Positions 61,114 through 64,000 of a stretch of DNA of 64,000 nucleotides are shown piece by piece. The notes under the pieces are model-generated. The model saw nothing but the letters and a program-made list of their open reading frames with translations, was not told the DNA's origin and did not search any database. A program made the translations under genes and the position numbers. Position 1 is the stretch's first letter. Each line of letters begins with the position of its first letter. This stretch comes from Tubulanus polymorphus (taxonomy: Eukaryota; Animalia; Nemertea): assembly GCF_964204645.1 (NCBI RefSeq), contig NC_134035.1, forward strand, positions 5,890,001-5,954,000, given 5' to 3'.

Positions 61114-62245
61114 GACCATATCCCTGATAAAACCATGGAGGTGCGCGACCATATCCCTGATAAAACCATGGAGGTGCGCGACAATATCCCTGATAAAACC
61201 ATGGAGGTGCGAGACCATATCCCTGATAAAACCATGGAGGTGCGCGACCATATCCCTGATAAAACCATGGAGGTGCGTGACCATATCCCTGATACAACCA
61301 TTGAGGTGCGAGACCATATCCCTGATAAAACCATGGAGGTGCGAGACCATATCCCTGATACAACCATTGAGGTGCGAGACCATATCCCTGATAAAACCAT
61401 GGAGGTGCGCGACCATATCCCTGATAAAACCATGGAGGTGCGTGACCATATCCCTGATAAAACCATGGGGGTGGCGACAATATCCCTGATAAAACCATAG
61501 AGGTGCGAGACCATATCCCTGATACAACCATTGAGGTGCGAGACCATATCCCTGATAAAACCATGGGGGTGGCGACAATATCCCTGATAAAACCATAGAG
61601 GTGCGAGACCATATCCCTGATAAAACCATGGAGGTGCGTGACCATATCCCTGGTACAACCATTGAGGTGCGAGACCATATCCCTGATAAAACCATGGGGG
61701 TGCGCGACAATATCCCTGATAAAACCATGGAGGTGCGTGACCATATCCCTGGTACAACCATTGAGGTGCGAGACCATATCCCTGATACAACCATTGAGGT
61801 GCGAGACCATATCCCTGATAAAACCATGGAGGTGCAAGACCATATCCCTGATAAAACCATGGAGGTGCGCGACAATATCCCTGATAAAACCATGGGGGTG
61901 GCGACAATATCCCTGATAATACCATGGGGGTGCGCGACAATATCCCTGATAAAACCATGGGGGTGGCGACAATATCCCTGATAGAACCATAGAGGTGCGA
62001 GACCATATCCCCGATAAAACCACGGAGGTACGAGACTATATCGCTGATAAAACCGTGGAGGTGCGAGACCATATCCCCGATAAAACCACGGAGGTACGAG
62101 ACTATATCGCTGATAAAACCGTGGAGGTGCGACACCACATCCCAGATAAAACCATTGAGGTGTGAGACCATATCCCAGATAAAACCATGGAGGTGCAAGA
62201 CCATATCCCTGATAAAACCATGGGGGTGCGAGACCATATCCCAGA
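61114..62245. repeat. 33-bp minisatellite, about 34 copies including 32-bp variants
   Basis: Unit gaccatatccctgataaaaccatggaggtgcgc. Confidence 0.96.
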
Positions 62246-63281
62246 TTTGGAGAGGACTGATGAAACCATTCTGGTGCACTGTGGTCATCTCTCTGATAAC
62301 GCTTCTGATTGGACTAAAACATGATTTAACGTTATAATTGTATCAAACTGAATCATGTTTAAGCTGTCCACATTAATGGTCCGATCTGCTGACTCTATGG
62401 AGCGCTGAATAAACAAAATACCATTCGAAAACATAATATGAATATTCGATAACTTCTCTACAAAAACGATTGAACAAATATGAAAGATTAGGCGCCGATA
62501 GTATACAATAGTAAACGTTAATGGGTTTTTTTCTGTAAATGGCGGGTAACGAGTTGAGCTCGTGTGTGCTCGCTATTCCGACGTATCTGAATTCTAGTTG
62601 AAAATAACTGGATTCGCTGTAAATACCGCGTCTCATTGACTCAATTCTCATCTTAAGTAGTTCGTTTAATTTCGCACGGAGTTTAATTTCAGAATGAACA
62701 AGATACTCTTATCCGGCGGCAACGACGACGCGAGTTTGAAACAGTGTATCTCTGAATCACTGATGGGGAAATGATGAAATAGTTAGTAGTGCGATCCGTA
62801 AAATGATACCCGCCGTATTGAGCAGTCGAAAGAATTTCTCAAACTACAAAAATTCTAACCGTATAGTTGCATCCATTTCATCGACAATGGGGAAATTTGT
62901 CGGTTAAACGATGGCCGGATATCTGATGATAGAATTGCGGCAAAAACTTCAAACTTTTATTTTCAAGGACAGGAACAAATTTTATTAACAAGTCACTAAA
63001 TCACACTTATATCATATATTTATATACATCATCCTGGTTTTTTATGTAAATATACATTCTATGAGTTAATTGCACATATATCCATTTATCCCACTTATAT
63101 CCACTTTTATATGTACACTAAATCAATTCATCATGATTAGTTTTTGTATAAAGGTCAGAGATTTGCTTTCTATGCAGCACCTTTAACAAAGCCTGAATGT
63201 GAATTCTCTTGTTGAATCCATTGACGCATACCCTAGTTTATAGGTCCATGGTGAAACCCAGGGCAATAGCATGGGCTTATA

Positions 63282-63601
63282 AGCCGCGATCACACGGGGA
63301 CAATTTGGCCCGGCCCAAATTGGCACGGATCAGGCTCGAGCCAAATTTGGCCCGTGCCTAATTAGAGAGCGCGTTCGCACGCAAACCATTCACTCGATAC
63401 TAAAACAATGCTCAAACAAAGCGAAGTGGATCATTTCCGGTACCAGTTGCAATTCAAACGCAATCATTTGTCCCGTGCTAAAATTTGGCTCGGGCCTGAT
63501 CCGACGTTTTTTGGTTGGGCCAATATTGGCTCGGGCCCATTTGGCATCCGTGTGAACAGTTGTTCCGGGCCCGAGCCAAAAATGGTCGTGTCATCGCGGT
63601 T
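63282..63601 (-). mobile_element. PIF/Harbinger-like MITE, same family as 2616-2935
   Basis: TIR AGCCGCGATCACAC, ATA TSD, internal homology in reverse orientation. Confidence 0.8.
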
Positions 63602-64000
63602 ATATAGTATATGCGAGTGTATACATCATGGGCAATAGAAGTAAGCCGCTAGTGAGCTACATTATCTCAATCAGTATACCCTGTATCGGTACAAGAATGA
63701 TGTTACCCACATCACTTGGTATCTCGGCCAGAATAACTATTTTTAAGGATGGATATCGCCTCCTCTTTATGTTTAAACAGATCAGTAAAATATTACCCGA
63801 TTTTTTCCTCCATACCCCTTCCCCGCTCCTCTACCTTCTTTCACTCATTCACTCCCTTTCCACTTCCCTTCTGCGTAAGTTGAACTTAGAAAAACTAACG
63901 TATATGGTAATCAAAATATACATTATGTACGTATAATGTGCTCGCATTCGTTATTCTTATTTAGTGCATAAAAATCTCTCCCACTTAGTCTTCTCTGGAA

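Noticed and set aside
60922-62288. Long ORFs of up to 396 aa on both strands
   Set aside because: By-products of the 33-bp minisatellite: several frames are open at once and 32-bp units shift the frame freely.
62250-62295. CUGAUGA plus a hairpin at the end of the 33-bp array
   Set aside because: GAAA core absent (GCAC) and stem I misregistered.

Overview
Eukaryotic, AT-rich invertebrate animal DNA (GT-AG introns, no prokaryotic features; the repeat repertoire suggests a lophotrochozoan, species not determinable). It holds two convergent spliced genes. The first is a DCDC1/DCDC5-like doublecortin plus ricin-B protein on + (36 coding exons, 427-28223, about 1950 aa), with a candidate 18-nt microexon and a candidate 108-nt cassette exon. 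The second is a CNBD2-like cyclic-nucleotide-binding protein on - (about 9 coding exons, 51290-37517, about 650 aa). The remainder is MITEs, a Helitron/HINE-like element, tRNA-derived SINEs, decayed LINE fragments and minisatellites (40, 83, 20 and 33 bp units). The most striking hidden signal is at least nine dispersed minimal hammerhead-ribozyme motifs of Penelope-like-element type. They share the catalytic core but use six unrelated, self-complementary stem-II sequences, and two pairs sit head-to-head. Other notable items are two satellites built from transposon termini, tandem CTCF-like motifs in the Helitron-like element, and a G-U-rich long stem just after the DCDC1 stop codon. All calls come from reading the sequence by eye; no searches were run.
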